Shown one piece after another: positions 1 through 10,385 of a DNA stretch of 64,000 nt (positions are counted from its first letter, which is position 1; each line of letters starts with the position of its first letter). The position numbers and the translations under genes were made by a program. The notes under the pieces are model-generated. The model was not told the DNA's origin, searched no databases, and was given only the letters and a program-made list of their open reading frames with translations. The stretch comes from a bacterium (GTDB lineage: Bacteria > Bacteroidota > Bacteroidia > Bacteroidales > UBA1402). The stretch covers positions 21,620-85,619 of the forward strand of contig CAVEPA010000002.1 of NCBI GenBank assembly GCA_963617485.1. Reading direction: 5' to 3'.

Positions 1-1318
1 CGAAATAGACTTTGCCTTGCTCGAACTCGAAGCCTTGCCGCCAGCCGACTACCGTCCTTATTTTGCCGGCTGGAACATCGACACGCTGTCGTACAAGAAG
101 GTTCCGTTCACCTGCATTCATCATCCCTACGGGGAAATGAAGCGTTATGCCATAGAATACGACAGCCTGCAGAAAACATCCTGGCTCGGACTGGACGATG
201 GCATAGAAGGAGACAACCACTGGTCGGTATACCGCTGGGAAACCGGCCACACTTGGTCGGGATCTTCGGGGGCTGCGCTTTTCGACAAGGACGGACTGGT
301 GGTAGGTACGCTTTCGGGTGGCGATTCGGGCGGCGACACGGGCTGTTCTCCCTACATTACCGGAGACTTCTTCAGCCGATTGTACCGCGCTTGGGACTAC
401 TACAGCTCGCCGGCCAAACAGCTCAAACACTGGCTCGACCCCGATGACAGCGGCACACAGACGCTGGCAGCCTACGACCCTTGGCAGGAGGAAGCGGTAC
501 AACGTCTAAGCAACATCGGCCAAAACGACAGTATTCAAAGTTTTCCCATCGACGGCCTGGGATATCTGTTCGGTCATAACAACCGGAAAATCAGAGCCTT
601 CGCCGAGAGATTCGAACTGAACGGTCCACACAAGATTTACGGGGTTTATCTGATGCCTCATTTGGGTGCTTATCTGAAGGACTACCCGCTCACCGTCCGC
701 ATCATGAGTCTGGAAAACAGAGGTACAGTCTTTGCCGAGAAGACCCTCAATCCCAAGCTTTTGGAATATCGCTACAGCCAGATGCAAAGCAACGACAAGA
801 AAGTATTCAAGAACAAGGAAAACTACCTGCGTCTCGACTCGGCCGTGTGCGTGGATAATGAATTCTATGTGGCTTTCTACCTGAACGAATCTTCCATTGA
901 CAGCCGGGATGAATTTGCCATGTACGGAGCCCTGACGAGCGAAAACCACGCCTATTACTTGCAGAAACAATGGCTGGGTGTGAACGGATTGGATGTCTTC
1001 GGAAAAAATGCTTCCATTTGGATAGAGCCGCTCGCCGCAGCTTGCGACAGCTGTAGTTCCTCGTCGGCGGCAGACCGAAGCAACGACATGATAGGCTATT
1101 TCGATAGGGACAACCGCTATCTGTACCTTTCCACCTCTTCGACTTGGGAGGAGAACGGCGAATTACGGCTCTATGATATGCAAGGCAAACTATTGGAAAC
1201 CAGAATAATACCCAAAAACATGCCTTATATCCCCCTCAACAAGAATCTACCCTCAGGCCTGTACATTCTACGACTCATTGCCGACAAACGCTCACAGAGC
1301 TTGAAGATTCTTTTATAA
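1..1318 (+). CDS. Secreted chymotrypsin-fold (S1-like) serine protease, 5'-truncated by the window edge, with a C-terminal T9SS sorting domain
   Basis: The frame is open from base 2 to TAA 1316-1318; the track start at 17 is an internal TTG. GSSGAALF and GTLSGGDSGG read like a catalytic-Ser region. The last ~70 aa (GELRLYDMQGKLL...SGLYILRLIADKRSQSLKILL) fit the usual T9SS CTD pattern. Confidence 0.65.
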   Translation, partial: EIDFALLELEALPPADYRPYFAGWNIDTLSYKKVPFTCIHHPYGEMKRYAIEYDSLQKTSWLGLDDGIEGDNHWSVYRWETGHTWSGSSGAALFDKDGLVVGTLSGGDSGGDTGCSPYITGDFFSRLYRAWDYYSSPAKQLKHWLDPDDSGTQTLAAYDPWQEEAVQRLSNIGQNDSIQSFPIDGLGYLFGHNNRKIRAFAERFELNGPHKIYGVYLMPHLGAYLKDYPLTVRIMSLENRGTVFAEKTLNPKLLEYRYSQMQSNDKKVFKNKENYLRLDSAVCVDNEFYVAFYLNESSIDSRDEFAMYGALTSENHAYYLQKQWLGVNGLDVFGKNASIWIEPLAAACDSCSSSSAADRSNDMIGYFDRDNRYLYLSTSSTWEENGELRLYDMQGKLLETRIIPKNMPYIPLNKNLPSGLYILRLIADKRSQSLKILL

Positions 1319-1419
1319 GTCGTCTGTCATCGGCTTTGTCCCCATGTTATAAAAGTGTTAAAAAAGACCATTCTGCCTATTTTTCTAACATTCAAGGCTG
1401 ATAATTCATTTTTTAAATA

Positions 1420-1427
1420 TACTTTTG
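1420..1427 (+). promoter_or_regulatory. Candidate Bacteroidetes -7 promoter box (TActTTTG)
   Basis: Matches TAnnTTTG, 50 nt upstream of ATG 1478, in a 159-nt AT-rich spacer. Confidence 0.35.
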
Positions 1428-1477
1428 TGAGATTTTCGACGAAGAATCTATTGTAATTTTCATAAACTCAAACAACT

Positions 1478-3205
1478 ATGAACAAAACTTGTAAACTTTC
1501 ATTGCTCCTTGCCATCGCACTGGGTCTTTCCAGCTGCGGCTCCAAATTGGCATTGACCCGTGAACATTTCACCCTTACCCCCGAAACCCTCGAGGTTGTT
1601 GGTGGCAAGGTAGAGGTTTCCTACACCGGTGTTATTCCCGAAAAGTCTTTCCCCTCGAAGTCTTTGGTTACCATCACTCCCGTTTTGAAGTATGAAGGCG
1701 GTGAAGTTGAAGGCACTCCCATCACCCTGCAGGGCGAAAAGGCAGTCGGCAACAATCAGGTTATCCCCACCAAGGCTGGCGGTAACTTCAGCGGCAAAGT
1801 CTCTTTCGACTATATTCCCGAAATGCAGCGCTCAGAACTCTATGCCCGCATCGTTGAAGAAAAGGGCGGCCGTGTTCCTGCAAGCCAGCGCAGACAGGGC
1901 AAAGGCAATAAGGTTGTCAATTATCCCGAAGTAAAATTGGCTGACGGTGTCGTTTCTACCGAAAACTTGGCCAATGCCAAGACCGCTACACCCGCTCCTA
2001 GTGTTGACGCTTTCCAGCGCATTATCCAAGAGAACACCGAGGCTACCATTTTGTTCCTTATCCAGCAAGCTGAAGTTCGCAACAACCAGCTCAAGAGCGA
2101 AGAAATGAAGGCTTTGAACAACGCTCTTGCCGATGCTGTCAAGGCTGAAAACAAAGAGGTTTCGGGTGTCAAGATTTCTTCTTACGCTTCTCCTGATGGT
2201 GGTGTTGAACTGAACGAAAAGCTGGCCGGCCAGCGTGAAAAGAACACGACCAAGTACATCAACAAGGCTATGAAGAAGGCCAAAGCCCAAGGTGCCGTTG
2301 AAGGTGAATTCACCGCTCAGGACTGGGAAGGTTTCAAGGCTTTGGTAGAAGCTTCCAATATTCAGGACAAGGAACTTATCCTCCGCGTTCTTTCCATGTA
2401 TTCAGATCCCGAACAGCGCGAAGCTGAAATCAAGAATCTGGCTGCCGCCTACAAGGTATTGGCCGATGAAGTTCTTCCCCAGTTGCGTCGTTCTAAGATT
2501 AACCTTACCGTTGACGTTATCGGTCGCAGCGACGATGAAATTAAGGCTGCCTACGAAGCTGGCGCTGCCGAGCTGAGCCTTGAAGAAATGCTGTATGCCG
2601 CTACACTGTACAACACGGCTGCCGAGAAGGAAGCTGTTTACAACAAGACCATCGAAATGTATCCCGACGACTACCGCGCTTACAACAACATCGGTAACAT
2701 CAAGTATGCTGCCGGCGATTTGGAAGCTGCCAAGTCTTGGTACGAAAAAGCCTATGCTAAGGAAGCCAGCAAGGAAGTTGCTCTTAACCTTGCTTTGATT
2801 GCCCTTTCCGAAGGTGCCGACAACGCCACCATCGAAGCTTACCTCAACAAGGCTACCGGTGCAGAAAACTACGAAGAGGCTCTTGGTTTGTTCTACATCA
2901 AGAAAGGTCAGTATGCTGAAGCCGTCAAGACCTTCGGTGACAAGAAGTGCAACAATGCCGCTCTGGCCCAGATTCTTGTTAAGGACTACACCAAGGCCAA
3001 GGCTACTTTGGCTGCTGTTGATGCCGATGCCGACACCTATTATTTGCAGGCTCTTATCGGTGCCAAGACCAACAACAAGGCTGAAGTTGTTGCCGGTCTG
3101 AAGAGCGCCATTGCCGCCGATGCCAATGTCAAGGCTAAAGTTGCCAAAGACATCGAATTCGCCAAATACGCTACCGACGAAGAAGTTGCCGCTTTGCTGA
3201 AATAA
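1478..3205 (+). CDS. Lipoprotein with C-terminal TPR-like repeats, function unknown
   Basis: Signal peptide ends LGLSSC (lipobox Cys). The C-terminal third has TPR-like units (YNNIGNIKYAAGDLEAAKSWYEKAY...). Confidence 0.6.
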   Translation: MNKTCKLSLLLAIALGLSSCGSKLALTREHFTLTPETLEVVGGKVEVSYTGVIPEKSFPSKSLVTITPVLKYEGGEVEGTPITLQGEKAVGNNQVIPTKAGGNFSGKVSFDYIPEMQRSELYARIVEEKGGRVPASQRRQGKGNKVVNYPEVKLADGVVSTENLANAKTATPAPSVDAFQRIIQENTEATILFLIQQAEVRNNQLKSEEMKALNNALADAVKAENKEVSGVKISSYASPDGGVELNEKLAGQREKNTTKYINKAMKKAKAQGAVEGEFTAQDWEGFKALVEASNIQDKELILRVLSMYSDPEQREAEIKNLAAAYKVLADEVLPQLRRSKINLTVDVIGRSDDEIKAAYEAGAAELSLEEMLYAATLYNTAAEKEAVYNKTIEMYPDDYRAYNNIGNIKYAAGDLEAAKSWYEKAYAKEASKEVALNLALIALSEGADNATIEAYLNKATGAENYEEALGLFYIKKGQYAEAVKTFGDKKCNNAALAQILVKDYTKAKATLAAVDADADTYYLQALIGAKTNNKAEVVAGLKSAIAADANVKAKVAKDIEFAKYATDEEVAALLK

Positions 3206-3236
3206 GTTCGCCAAGCGACCGCTCTAAATAACAACG

Positions 3237-3277
3237 GAGCCGCCCTGCGTCCATAGGACTTGGGCGGCTCTGCTTTT
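3237..3277 (+). terminator. Rho-independent terminator after the TPR lipoprotein gene
   Basis: 9-bp GC-rich stem gagccgccc (3237-3245) / gggcggctc (3262-3270), followed by tgcTTTT. It lies inside the over-extended track ORF 3260..3853. Confidence 0.6.
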
Positions 3278-3307
3278 CACAACCACTTCACACGCCTGCT
3301 CATTCCC

Positions 3308-3853
3308 ATGCCAACGCCCGTTGTTCTCCATTGTTGTTGCGCACCTTGCAGCAGCGCCATTCTTGAATGGCTGCTACAGAACGATTACCGACCCGTAATC
3401 TATTACTGCAATCCCAATATCTTTCCTCAGGAAGAATACCTTATCCGCCGCAACGAAATAAGCCGTTACGCTACGCAGCTCCAACTTGAGATTGTAGAGG
3501 ATGACTACCGTCACGAGCCTTGGCTCCAGGCCGTACACGGCCTGGAGGCCGCGCCTGAGCGCGGACCTCGCTGTTTGGAATGCTTCAAGTACCGGCTGCT
3601 GTCGACGGCAAAATTCGCCCAAAGTAGAGGCATCGGACTGTTCACCACAACCTTGGCTTCTTCACGATGGAAATCCTTGGAGCAGATAAACCAAGCCGGA
3701 GCCTGGGCAGCCGCCCAAGTACCCGGCACTGAATTTTGGGACAAGAATTGGCGCAAAGGAGGCCTGCAGGAGCGTCGCAACGAGCTTCTGGCCTTAAATG
3801 GATTCTATAACCAACAATATTGCGGCTGCGAATTTAGTTTTCGGGAGAAATAG
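3308..3853 (+). CDS. queH: Epoxyqueuosine reductase QueH (DUF208 family)
   Basis: CCAPCS near the N-terminus, YYCNPNIFP, RCLECF and a C-terminal YCGCEFS Cys pattern. ATG 3308 is chosen because the terminator sits upstream of it. Confidence 0.85.
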   Translation: MPTPVVLHCCCAPCSSAILEWLLQNDYRPVIYYCNPNIFPQEEYLIRRNEISRYATQLQLEIVEDDYRHEPWLQAVHGLEAAPERGPRCLECFKYRLLSTAKFAQSRGIGLFTTTLASSRWKSLEQINQAGAWAAAQVPGTEFWDKNWRKGGLQERRNELLALNGFYNQQYCGCEFSFREK

Positions 3854-3859
3854 CCCGTC

Positions 3860-4510
3860 TCAGAAAACAAGACCATCCCTCATCTCTATAATACGGTCGC
3901 TCAGCGCAGCCAGTTCCTTGTCGTGGGTCACGATGACAAACGTCTGGTTGAAACGCTCTCGCAAATCGAAGAACAACTGGTGCAGCTCAGCCTTGTTCTT
4001 GGAATCAAGACTGCCGGAAGGCTCGTCGGCGAAGATGACACTGGGATGGTTCATCAAAGCCCGGGCCACGGCTACCCGCTGATTTTCACCGCCAGACAGC
4101 TCGGCAGGCTTGTGGTCTTTACGGTCGGCCAGACCCAGCGTATCCAATATTTCCATGGCCGACTTCTCCGCCTGACGCATAGACTGACCACCGATAAGGG
4201 CAGGAATGCATACATTCTCCAAGGCGGTAAACTCGGGCAAGAGCTGGTGAAACTGAAAAACGAAACCAATATGGCGATTGCGGAAAACTGCCTGTTGGGC
4301 ATCATTCATAGCTGAAACATCCTGATTGTCAATCAGGATATGGCCGCTGTCGGGGCGGTCGAGCGTTCCCATAATCTGCAACAGCGTGGTTTTGCCCGCA
4401 CCGCTGGGCCCAACGATGGACACCACTTCGGCATCCTGAATCTGCAAATCGATACCTTTCAGCACTTGAAGAGAACCGAAGCTTTTCTTAATGTCAATTA
4501 CCTGTATCAT
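3860..4510 (-). CDS. ABC transporter ATP-binding protein (LolD/MacB-type family)
   Basis: Walker [16 protein letters not shown] signature [15 protein letters not shown], Walker [10 protein letters not shown]; 216 aa. Confidence 0.8.
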   Translation of the reverse strand: MIQVIDIKKSFGSLQVLKGIDLQIQDAEVVSIVGPSGAGKTTLLQIMGTLDRPDSGHILIDNQDVSAMNDAQQAVFRNRHIGFVFQFHQLLPEFTALENVCIPALIGGQSMRQAEKSAMEILDTLGLADRKDHKPAELSGGENQRVAVARALMNHPSVIFADEPSGSLDSKNKAELHQLFFDLRERFNQTFVIVTHDKELAALSDRIIEMRDGLVF

Positions 4511-4524
4511 AGATGTTTCAGTGT

Positions 4525-5223
4525 TTACAAGTTCCTCAGTACGTATGCGCTTATGTGACAGGCGAAGGCGGCCGGCATATACGACAATGTACCGGGAACT
4601 GTCCTTTCACCGGGAGAGGCACTATGGTGTGACAAGTCGGCAGGTTCGGGCGAAAAAACCACGGGAATCCCCGTCTTGATACCTTCTTGCAACAAGCGTT
4701 TGCGTACAGCCTTGGCCAAGGGACAATGATGCGATTTGGAGATATCGCTCTGCTGTATGAGCGAAGGATCGTATTTGCCGGCCGCCCCCATGGCCGCTAC
4801 CACAGGAATCCCGTTCCCGACACAATATTTCAGGAGAGCGCACTTGGCTGGCACATCATCGATAGCATCCACCACAAACTGATAATCGGCATTCTCGAAA
4901 AGTGTCTGTACATTGTCGGTATTAATCCACTGTTGGCGGACGATTACACTCATATCAGGGTTGATATCCATCAAACGCTGACGCAAGACCTCCACTTTGG
5001 CCTGACCTTCGGTCGAGCATAATGCCAGCAATTGACGGTTGCGGTTCGTTCCCGATACCACATCGCCATCTACTAGGGTGATACTTCCCAAACCGGCACG
5101 GGTCAGAAATTCTGCTACAAAGGCTCCCACGCCTCCAGTTCCAACAAGCAGCACATGCGCCGTAGCATAAGCACGAAGTCGGTCAGTGCCCACCAAAAGC
5201 TCAGTTCTTTGCGTCCAAGCCAT
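4525..5223 (-). CDS. tcdA: tRNA threonylcarbamoyladenosine dehydratase (ThiF-family, TcdA/CsdL-like)
   Basis: ThiF-type Rossmann motif [32 protein letters not shown]...NRNRQ; size and layout match TcdA. Confidence 0.75.
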   Translation of the reverse strand: MAWTQRTELLVGTDRLRAYATAHVLLVGTGGVGAFVAEFLTRAGLGSITLVDGDVVSGTNRNRQLLALCSTEGQAKVEVLRQRLMDINPDMSVIVRQQWINTDNVQTLFENADYQFVVDAIDDVPAKCALLKYCVGNGIPVVAAMGAAGKYDPSLIQQSDISKSHHCPLAKAVRKRLLQEGIKTGIPVVFSPEPADLSHHSASPGERTVPGTLSYMPAAFACHISAYVLRNL

Positions 5224-7345
5224 CGTTTATCAAGGATTTAAAGTAGGATGTATCCTTGCCGTCTTTGTTGGATGCGGTCTGCACCGACAAAGGGCCGGAA
5301 TAAGTGGTGATATTCTCCACAAATACCGTTTGCTGAGGATAAAAATAGCAGCGCATCCTGTCTGGGAACAAGCCTTCCATCATGGAAGGAATCTCGTCAA
5401 GGATGGGTGTATACGACACTGTATTCTTGCGCGACAAGGCAAAAATGAGCAAATCTTGTGCAGGGAAACTGTCTATAAGCAGCGGCAAGTTCTGCCAATT
5501 GTGCAATTCGTTGAGTTCTACCGACAGACTCAGATTGAAACGCTTAATCAACTGACGGATATGCTGCAAGGTGTCGGGATGAGCATAAATAACGGCCGGG
5601 CTGTGCAAATGTCGGCTCAGTACGTAACAACGCTGCATGAACAGAAAGAAGCCGGTTTCGTATTCGGTTTTTTGAGGGAGAAGAAGTACCACACGCTTGG
5701 TCATATCAATCCCTTGCTGAAAATGCGTGATGAAAAGATTGAAAGAGGTTTGCTTGAGAAGTTTCTGCACCCTGCGTCCGAATGGAGCTTCCTTGACGCT
5801 GTGGTGGCCCTGTCCCAGACTGATGATAACATCCGACGCTTGAAACTCCTTGACTGCGTGCGTAATACCGGTTGGGACATCGGCATCGAAACGCATCACT
5901 TGATGGAATTCCGCATCGATGGAAGCAGCATAATGGGCAGCCATATTCAGAAGGTTGCTACACTGTTTGCGGTCCATTCCGGCATGCTCATCGACCACGC
6001 TCAGCACATAGAGTTTGTCGGAAGGGCTTTTCAGCACCATGGCAGAATGCAACACCTGGTCGATAAGTTTGGGCGTGGAAACGGGTACCAATATATTATG
6101 TTCTTTGGCATCGGTCTTGCCCTTTTCGTTGCGTTCCAAAAGCATCTGCTTGGCGGCTCGCTCCGTCACCAGCGAACTCGTCAAACAAGAAAGCAGAATC
6201 ATCACCACACTGCCGTTGAACACATATTCGTCCAGCAGACGCATGGGAGTCCCGTCGGGGTTGACACCAATAATGATGTTGAAGCCCACCATCACCACAG
6301 CCAGCGTTACAGCTGCGCGGCCACTGGTAAGACCGAAAATGATATTGCCTTGCGCTTGGCTCATTCTGGCTGAGACTTGGAAAATCTTTGCGGCCAAATA
6401 CTTGCCGGCCAACACGCTCACTGTCATTACAATAGCCACATACCATCCACCCCAGCCTTGGGTAAAAGCCCGTAAATCTATCATCATACCAATGCTGATC
6501 AGGAAATAGGGGAAGAACAGCGCGTTGCCCACAAACTCCACCCGGTTCATCAGGCTGGAGAGTTTGGGCACCTGAGTGTTTAGGGCAAGACCGGCAAAAA
6601 AGGCACCCAAAATACCTTGAAAACCGGCCATCTCCGTCAGCAAGGCTCCCAAAAAGGCCATTGCCAGCACAAAGACAAAGCGCAGGATACCGTCTTCAAA
6701 CTTGTGCAGGAACCAACGGCTCAAACGGGGAATGCCCAGGAAAATCACCGCCAGCGCAAAGAGCATCTTGAGCAACATGGGCAACCATGCATTGCTGGCG
6801 GCCGCATTGAAACTGCTGTCGACTACGGCCAGAATAATCATCGAAAAGGTGACAGCCACCACCGTACCTCCTACGGCAATATTCACCGCCGAACGGTTCG
6901 ACAAGCCATAACGGCTGATGATGGGGAAAGACACCAGCGTATGTGAGGCGAACATCGCCGCCAGCAACAGACAGGCCATTAAAGAGAATCCTAGCAGAAA
7001 CTTGCCGGCCAGCAAGGCGAACAAAGATGGAATGGCGAAGGTGAGCAAACCAAAGAACAGGCTCTTGGACAGGTTTTTCTTCAAATCGCTGATATCGATT
7101 TCCATACCAGCTAGAAACATGATGTAATATAGGCCCACCTTGCCAAATACATCGATGCTGCGGTCGAAGGGAAGGATATTCAAGGCATGGGGGCCAACTA
7201 TCATACCGGCCAGAATCATACCGACGATATGGGGAATTCTCAAGCGCTTAAAGGTGATAGGAGCCAACAAGATAATCAGCAGCACCATCAGAAAGACGGC
7301 GATAGGATTCTCCACCGGAAACGATATGCCCAGAAACTCTTTCAT
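5201..7345 (-). CDS. Cation:proton antiporter (CPA family) with a ~300-aa soluble C-terminal region
   Basis: The N-terminal ~400 aa are a run of hydrophobic helices typical of Na+/H+ or K+/H+ exchangers; ATG at 7345. The stop overlaps the tcdA start by 23 nt. Confidence 0.75.
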   Translation of the reverse strand: MKEFLGISFPVENPIAVFLMVLLIILLAPITFKRLRIPHIVGMILAGMIVGPHALNILPFDRSIDVFGKVGLYYIMFLAGMEIDISDLKKNLSKSLFFGLLTFAIPSLFALLAGKFLLGFSLMACLLLAAMFASHTLVSFPIISRYGLSNRSAVNIAVGGTVVAVTFSMIILAVVDSSFNAAASNAWLPMLLKMLFALAVIFLGIPRLSRWFLHKFEDGILRFVFVLAMAFLGALLTEMAGFQGILGAFFAGLALNTQVPKLSSLMNRVEFVGNALFFPYFLISIGMMIDLRAFTQGWGGWYVAIVMTVSVLAGKYLAAKIFQVSARMSQAQGNIIFGLTSGRAAVTLAVVMVGFNIIIGVNPDGTPMRLLDEYVFNGSVVMILLSCLTSSLVTERAAKQMLLERNEKGKTDAKEHNILVPVSTPKLIDQVLHSAMVLKSPSDKLYVLSVVDEHAGMDRKQCSNLLNMAAHYAASIDAEFHQVMRFDADVPTGITHAVKEFQASDVIISLGQGHHSVKEAPFGRRVQKLLKQTSFNLFITHFQQGIDMTKRVVLLLPQKTEYETGFFLFMQRCYVLSRHLHSPAVIYAHPDTLQHIRQLIKRFNLSLSVELNELHNWQNLPLLIDSFPAQDLLIFALSRKNTVSYTPILDEIPSMMEGLFPDRMRCYFYPQQTVFVENITTYSGPLSVQTASNKDGKDTSYFKSLINDGLDAKN

Positions 7346-7363
7346 ACCTTGTTAAACAGACAA

Positions 7364-7371
7364 CAAAGTTA
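7364..7371 (-). promoter_or_regulatory. Candidate -7 promoter box (TAacTTTG) for the antiporter gene
   Basis: TAnnTTTG on the minus strand, 18 nt upstream of ATG 7345. Confidence 0.45.
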
Positions 7372-7393
7372 TGAATTATTCCGGCAATTCCCA

Positions 7394-8347
7394 CTATTCT
7401 TCCACACGAAGGGCAAAAGTCTTGTGCCAAGTTTTTCCCGAAATGGTATAGGCATCCGCCTTGAGGATATAATCGCCAGGTGGCAGCACGCGGCCTTCAT
7501 CATCTATGCCCGGCCACGAAAGGTTGCCGCTGCTACCCAGCAGAAGATTGTCGGCTATGGTGGCACAAGGCAGACCATCCACATCGTATAGCAGCAAAGT
7601 CATGATATAGGTTTCTTCAAAATGATAGGCAAAAATCCATTGAGAGCAGCTCGAGAGCTTATTGGGCTGGATACCCCGCTGCAACACCTCGAAACAGCCG
7701 TGTTTCCGTTGGGTGAGCTGCGCGAAACGGGCGCGGTATTGCGAGTTTCGGGCCGCGGGGGTGGCACCGCCGACATCCAGCGCGGCCGTGGTCCAAGAAA
7801 AGGAGTTGGCCGAAGGCAGCAATGGATGCAGCTTTTCCAACGACAAGGCCTTTTTGTCGGACACCAAGGGATGATGGAAATCGTCCTGATACGGAAACTC
7901 GTCCACGATGCTGCCATCGCTCGAAAGCAAGACCACCGATCCGGAAGCATTGGCATAAGCCGGCAAGGATTTCATACTGAGCACCCGGGCCGTGTCGGGC
8001 AGATGATAATATGCCGACATCCAAGAGGTATCGCAGCAGAGCAGTACATAGGCAGCAGGCGGCAGCAGCATTGATGGCAAAGGCTTGACGGCGGCCACTT
8101 CTCCTTTGCTGTTGCGGTTGGCCAGGCTGAAGGCCGACAGCTGCAAGCTGTCGGCCGACACATTCACCAGCTCGACAAAATCCATGCCATCGGCCGGCGG
8201 ATTGAATAATAACTCGTTGATACTCAGGATTTCAGGACCGTCTGCCAAGGAAGCCTCATCATTAGGCCAAGAAGAATCGGCATCATGCTTGCATGAATAT
8301 ACACACAGCAAAAGTCCACAGATACAGGACAATAGAAAGTTTTTCAT
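7394..8347 (-). CDS. Lamin-tail-domain (LTD)-like lipoprotein
   Basis: ATG 8347 gives the lipoprotein signal MKNFLLSCICGLLLCVYSC; the track start at 8359 is a TTG. INELLFNPPADGMDFVELVNVSADSLQLSAFSL resembles the LTD signature. Confidence 0.55.
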   Translation of the reverse strand: MKNFLLSCICGLLLCVYSCKHDADSSWPNDEASLADGPEILSINELLFNPPADGMDFVELVNVSADSLQLSAFSLANRNSKGEVAAVKPLPSMLLPPAAYVLLCCDTSWMSAYYHLPDTARVLSMKSLPAYANASGSVVLLSSDGSIVDEFPYQDDFHHPLVSDKKALSLEKLHPLLPSANSFSWTTAALDVGGATPAARNSQYRARFAQLTQRKHGCFEVLQRGIQPNKLSSCSQWIFAYHFEETYIMTLLLYDVDGLPCATIADNLLLGSSGNLSWPGIDDEGRVLPPGDYILKADAYTISGKTWHKTFALRVEE

Positions 8348-8366
8348 TGTATTAGACAATTTTTAT

Positions 8367-8374
8367 TACCTTTG
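8367..8374 (+). promoter_or_regulatory. Candidate -7 promoter box (TAccTTTG) upstream of asd
   Basis: TAnnTTTG 114 nt upstream of ATG 8489; the long leader makes this less certain. Confidence 0.3.
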
Positions 8375-8488
8375 CGCGGTTTTTCGTCAACCTCGCCGTT
8401 TCCTCCTCCGCAAACTCATAGCGGAAGCGGGGACAAAGATAAGGAACGAAAGCATTTTATACAAATAATTTTAACCTTACATTAAAAA

Positions 8489-9493
8489 ATGAAGATTGCA
8501 ATTGTCGGCGTAAGTGGCGCCGTCGGTCAAGAGTTCCTGAAAGTATTGGCTGAACGGAACTTCCCCATGGACGAACTGGTTTTGTTTGGTTCTGCCCGCA
8601 GCGCAGGAAGAGTGTATAACTACAAAGGAAAAGATATAGTTGTCAAAGAGCTGAAACACAACGACGATTTTAAAGGCGTAGACATTGCTTTCACCTCTGC
8701 CGGTGCCGGAACTTCCAAGGAATTTGCCGAGACTATCACCAAATTCGGAGCTGTTATGATTGACAATTCAAGTGCCTTCCGCATGGACAAGGACGTGCCG
8801 CTGGTTGTACCCGAAGTGAATGCAGCCGATGCTCTCGACCGTCCACGCAACATCATTGCCAACCCCAACTGCACCACCATTCAGATGGTTGTCGCATTGA
8901 AAGCTATCGAAAACCTGAGTCACATAAAGCGTGTGCACGTGTCTACCTATCAGGCAGCCAGCGGTGCCGGAGCCACAGCTATGGCCGAACTGCTCGAGCA
9001 ATACGCCCAGATTATCCGCGGCGAGGAGCCTACGGTGGAAAAATTCGCCTATCAGCTGGCCTATAACCTCATTCCTCAAATCGATGTCTTCACCGAAAAC
9101 GGCTACACCAAAGAGGAAATGAAGATGTACAACGAAACGCGCAAAATCATGCATTCCGATGTTGAAGTCAGCGCCACCTGCGTACGCGTTCCTGTGCTGC
9201 GCGCCCACAGCGAAAGCATTTGGGTGGAAACCGAACAGCCCGTCAGCGTGGAACAGGCCCGCGAAGCCTTTGCCAAGGCCGATGGTGTAGTGCTGCAAGA
9301 CAACCCGGCCAAGAAGGAATACCCGATGCCCTTGTTCCTTTCGGGCAAAGACCCTGTATATGTAGGACGTATACGTCAAGACCTTACCAATCCTAACGGA
9401 CTGGCTTTCTGGCTGGTAGGTGACCAAATTAAGAAAGGGGCCGCCTTAAACGCCGTCCAGATTGCAGAATATCTGGTAAAGGCAGGAAAGTAA
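8489..9493 (+). CDS. asd: Aspartate-semialdehyde dehydrogenase
   Basis: [17 protein letters not shown]-terminus, active-site region [21 protein letters not shown]; 334 aa. Confidence 0.95.
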   Translation: MKIAIVGVSGAVGQEFLKVLAERNFPMDELVLFGSARSAGRVYNYKGKDIVVKELKHNDDFKGVDIAFTSAGAGTSKEFAETITKFGAVMIDNSSAFRMDKDVPLVVPEVNAADALDRPRNIIANPNCTTIQMVVALKAIENLSHIKRVHVSTYQAASGAGATAMAELLEQYAQIIRGEEPTVEKFAYQLAYNLIPQIDVFTENGYTKEEMKMYNETRKIMHSDVEVSATCVRVPVLRAHSESIWVETEQPVSVEQAREAFAKADGVVLQDNPAKKEYPMPLFLSGKDPVYVGRIRQDLTNPNGLAFWLVGDQIKKGAALNAVQIAEYLVKAGK

Positions 9494-9497
9494 GGTT

Positions 9498-9785
9498 GTG
9501 TAGCGGGCCTACGCGGTTTATAACAGTTGCGTAGCGGGCCTACGTGACTGATGACAAGGCCGAAACCGGCCGAAAAGGCTTCGACTCCATTATGCGGATT
9601 TTTCGAGGCGGTTTCGATTTTGGAAGAAGGAGCGTAGCGGGCCTACGTGACTGATGACAAAGCCGAAACCGACCGAAAAGGCTTCGACTCCATTATGCGG
9701 ATTTTTCGAGGCGGTTTCGATTTTGGAAGAAGGAGCGTAGCGGGCCTACGTGACTGATGACAAAGCCGAAACCGACCGAAAAGGC
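9498..9785. repeat. 103-bp tandem repeat (2.5 copies plus an upstream 19-nt seed) filling the asd/FKBP convergent spacer
   Basis: Unit starts are at 9529, 9632 and 9735 (period 103). Copies 1 and 2 differ at 2 positions. The box tagcgggcctacg occurs 4 times (9501, 9531, 9634, 9737). Each unit carries an imperfect hairpin: cgaaaccg..cgaaaa pairing with ttttcg..cggtttcg. Confidence 0.9.
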
Positions 9786-9793
9786 CGCATAAT

Positions 9794-10321
9794 CTATTCT
9801 ATCTTTAACAATTCGATGTCGAAGATTAGCACAGAATAGGCAGGAATTGTGGGGCTGGAATAGTTGTAATCTGATGAACCATAGCCCAAATTGTAGGGGA
9901 TATAGACTTTCCAGCGCGCACCTAGGGGCATACGCTCCATAACTTCGCGCATTCCGTCTATGGTACTGCCATCACCAAGGGTAAAGGTAAGCTTGCCACT
10001 ATCGAATTCGGTATCATCGTAAAGCCAGCCCGTATATTTGATGCTGACACTCTGACCAAGCACTGCGATATTGCCGGTGCTTGGTTTTATCACTTTATAG
10101 AGGATGCCCGACACGGGACCAGGTTCATAGACGCCACCTTTTTCGACGGTGATGATGGAATCGCGGTTTTCGAGGGCGAAAATATCGGTGGAATCCTTAA
10201 GGCTTTTCAGAAAAGCCTCGTTGTCCAGACGCCATTGTCTGGTATCGGAATCTTCCAGACAGGAAGAGAAGAGATAACACAGCGCCAACATCAACAGGCA
10301 AAGAATACTTGCTTTCTTCAT
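9794..10321 (-). CDS. FKBP-type peptidyl-prolyl cis-trans isomerase, lipoprotein
   Basis: ATG 10321 gives the signal MKKASILCLLMLALCYLFSSC. The C-terminal FKBP pattern is VSIKYTGWLYDDTEFDSG...AYSVLIFDIELLKIE. The track ORF extended to 10630 is antisense to dut. Confidence 0.85.
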   Translation of the reverse strand: MKKASILCLLMLALCYLFSSCLEDSDTRQWRLDNEAFLKSLKDSTDIFALENRDSIITVEKGGVYEPGPVSGILYKVIKPSTGNIAVLGQSVSIKYTGWLYDDTEFDSGKLTFTLGDGSTIDGMREVMERMPLGARWKVYIPYNLGYGSSDYNYSSPTIPAYSVLIFDIELLKIE

Positions 10322-10359
10322 AGTGGTAATTTTGACTGCGAAAATAGTCATTTTTTTTG

Positions 10360-10367
10360 TATGTTTG
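10360..10367 (+). promoter_or_regulatory. Candidate -7 promoter box (TAtgTTTG) for dut
   Basis: TAnnTTTG 18 nt upstream of ATG 10386, preceded by a T8 run; a second match (TAatTTTG) is at 10327-10334. Confidence 0.45.
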
Positions 10368-10385
10368 TAGCCTTTAAAAACTATT

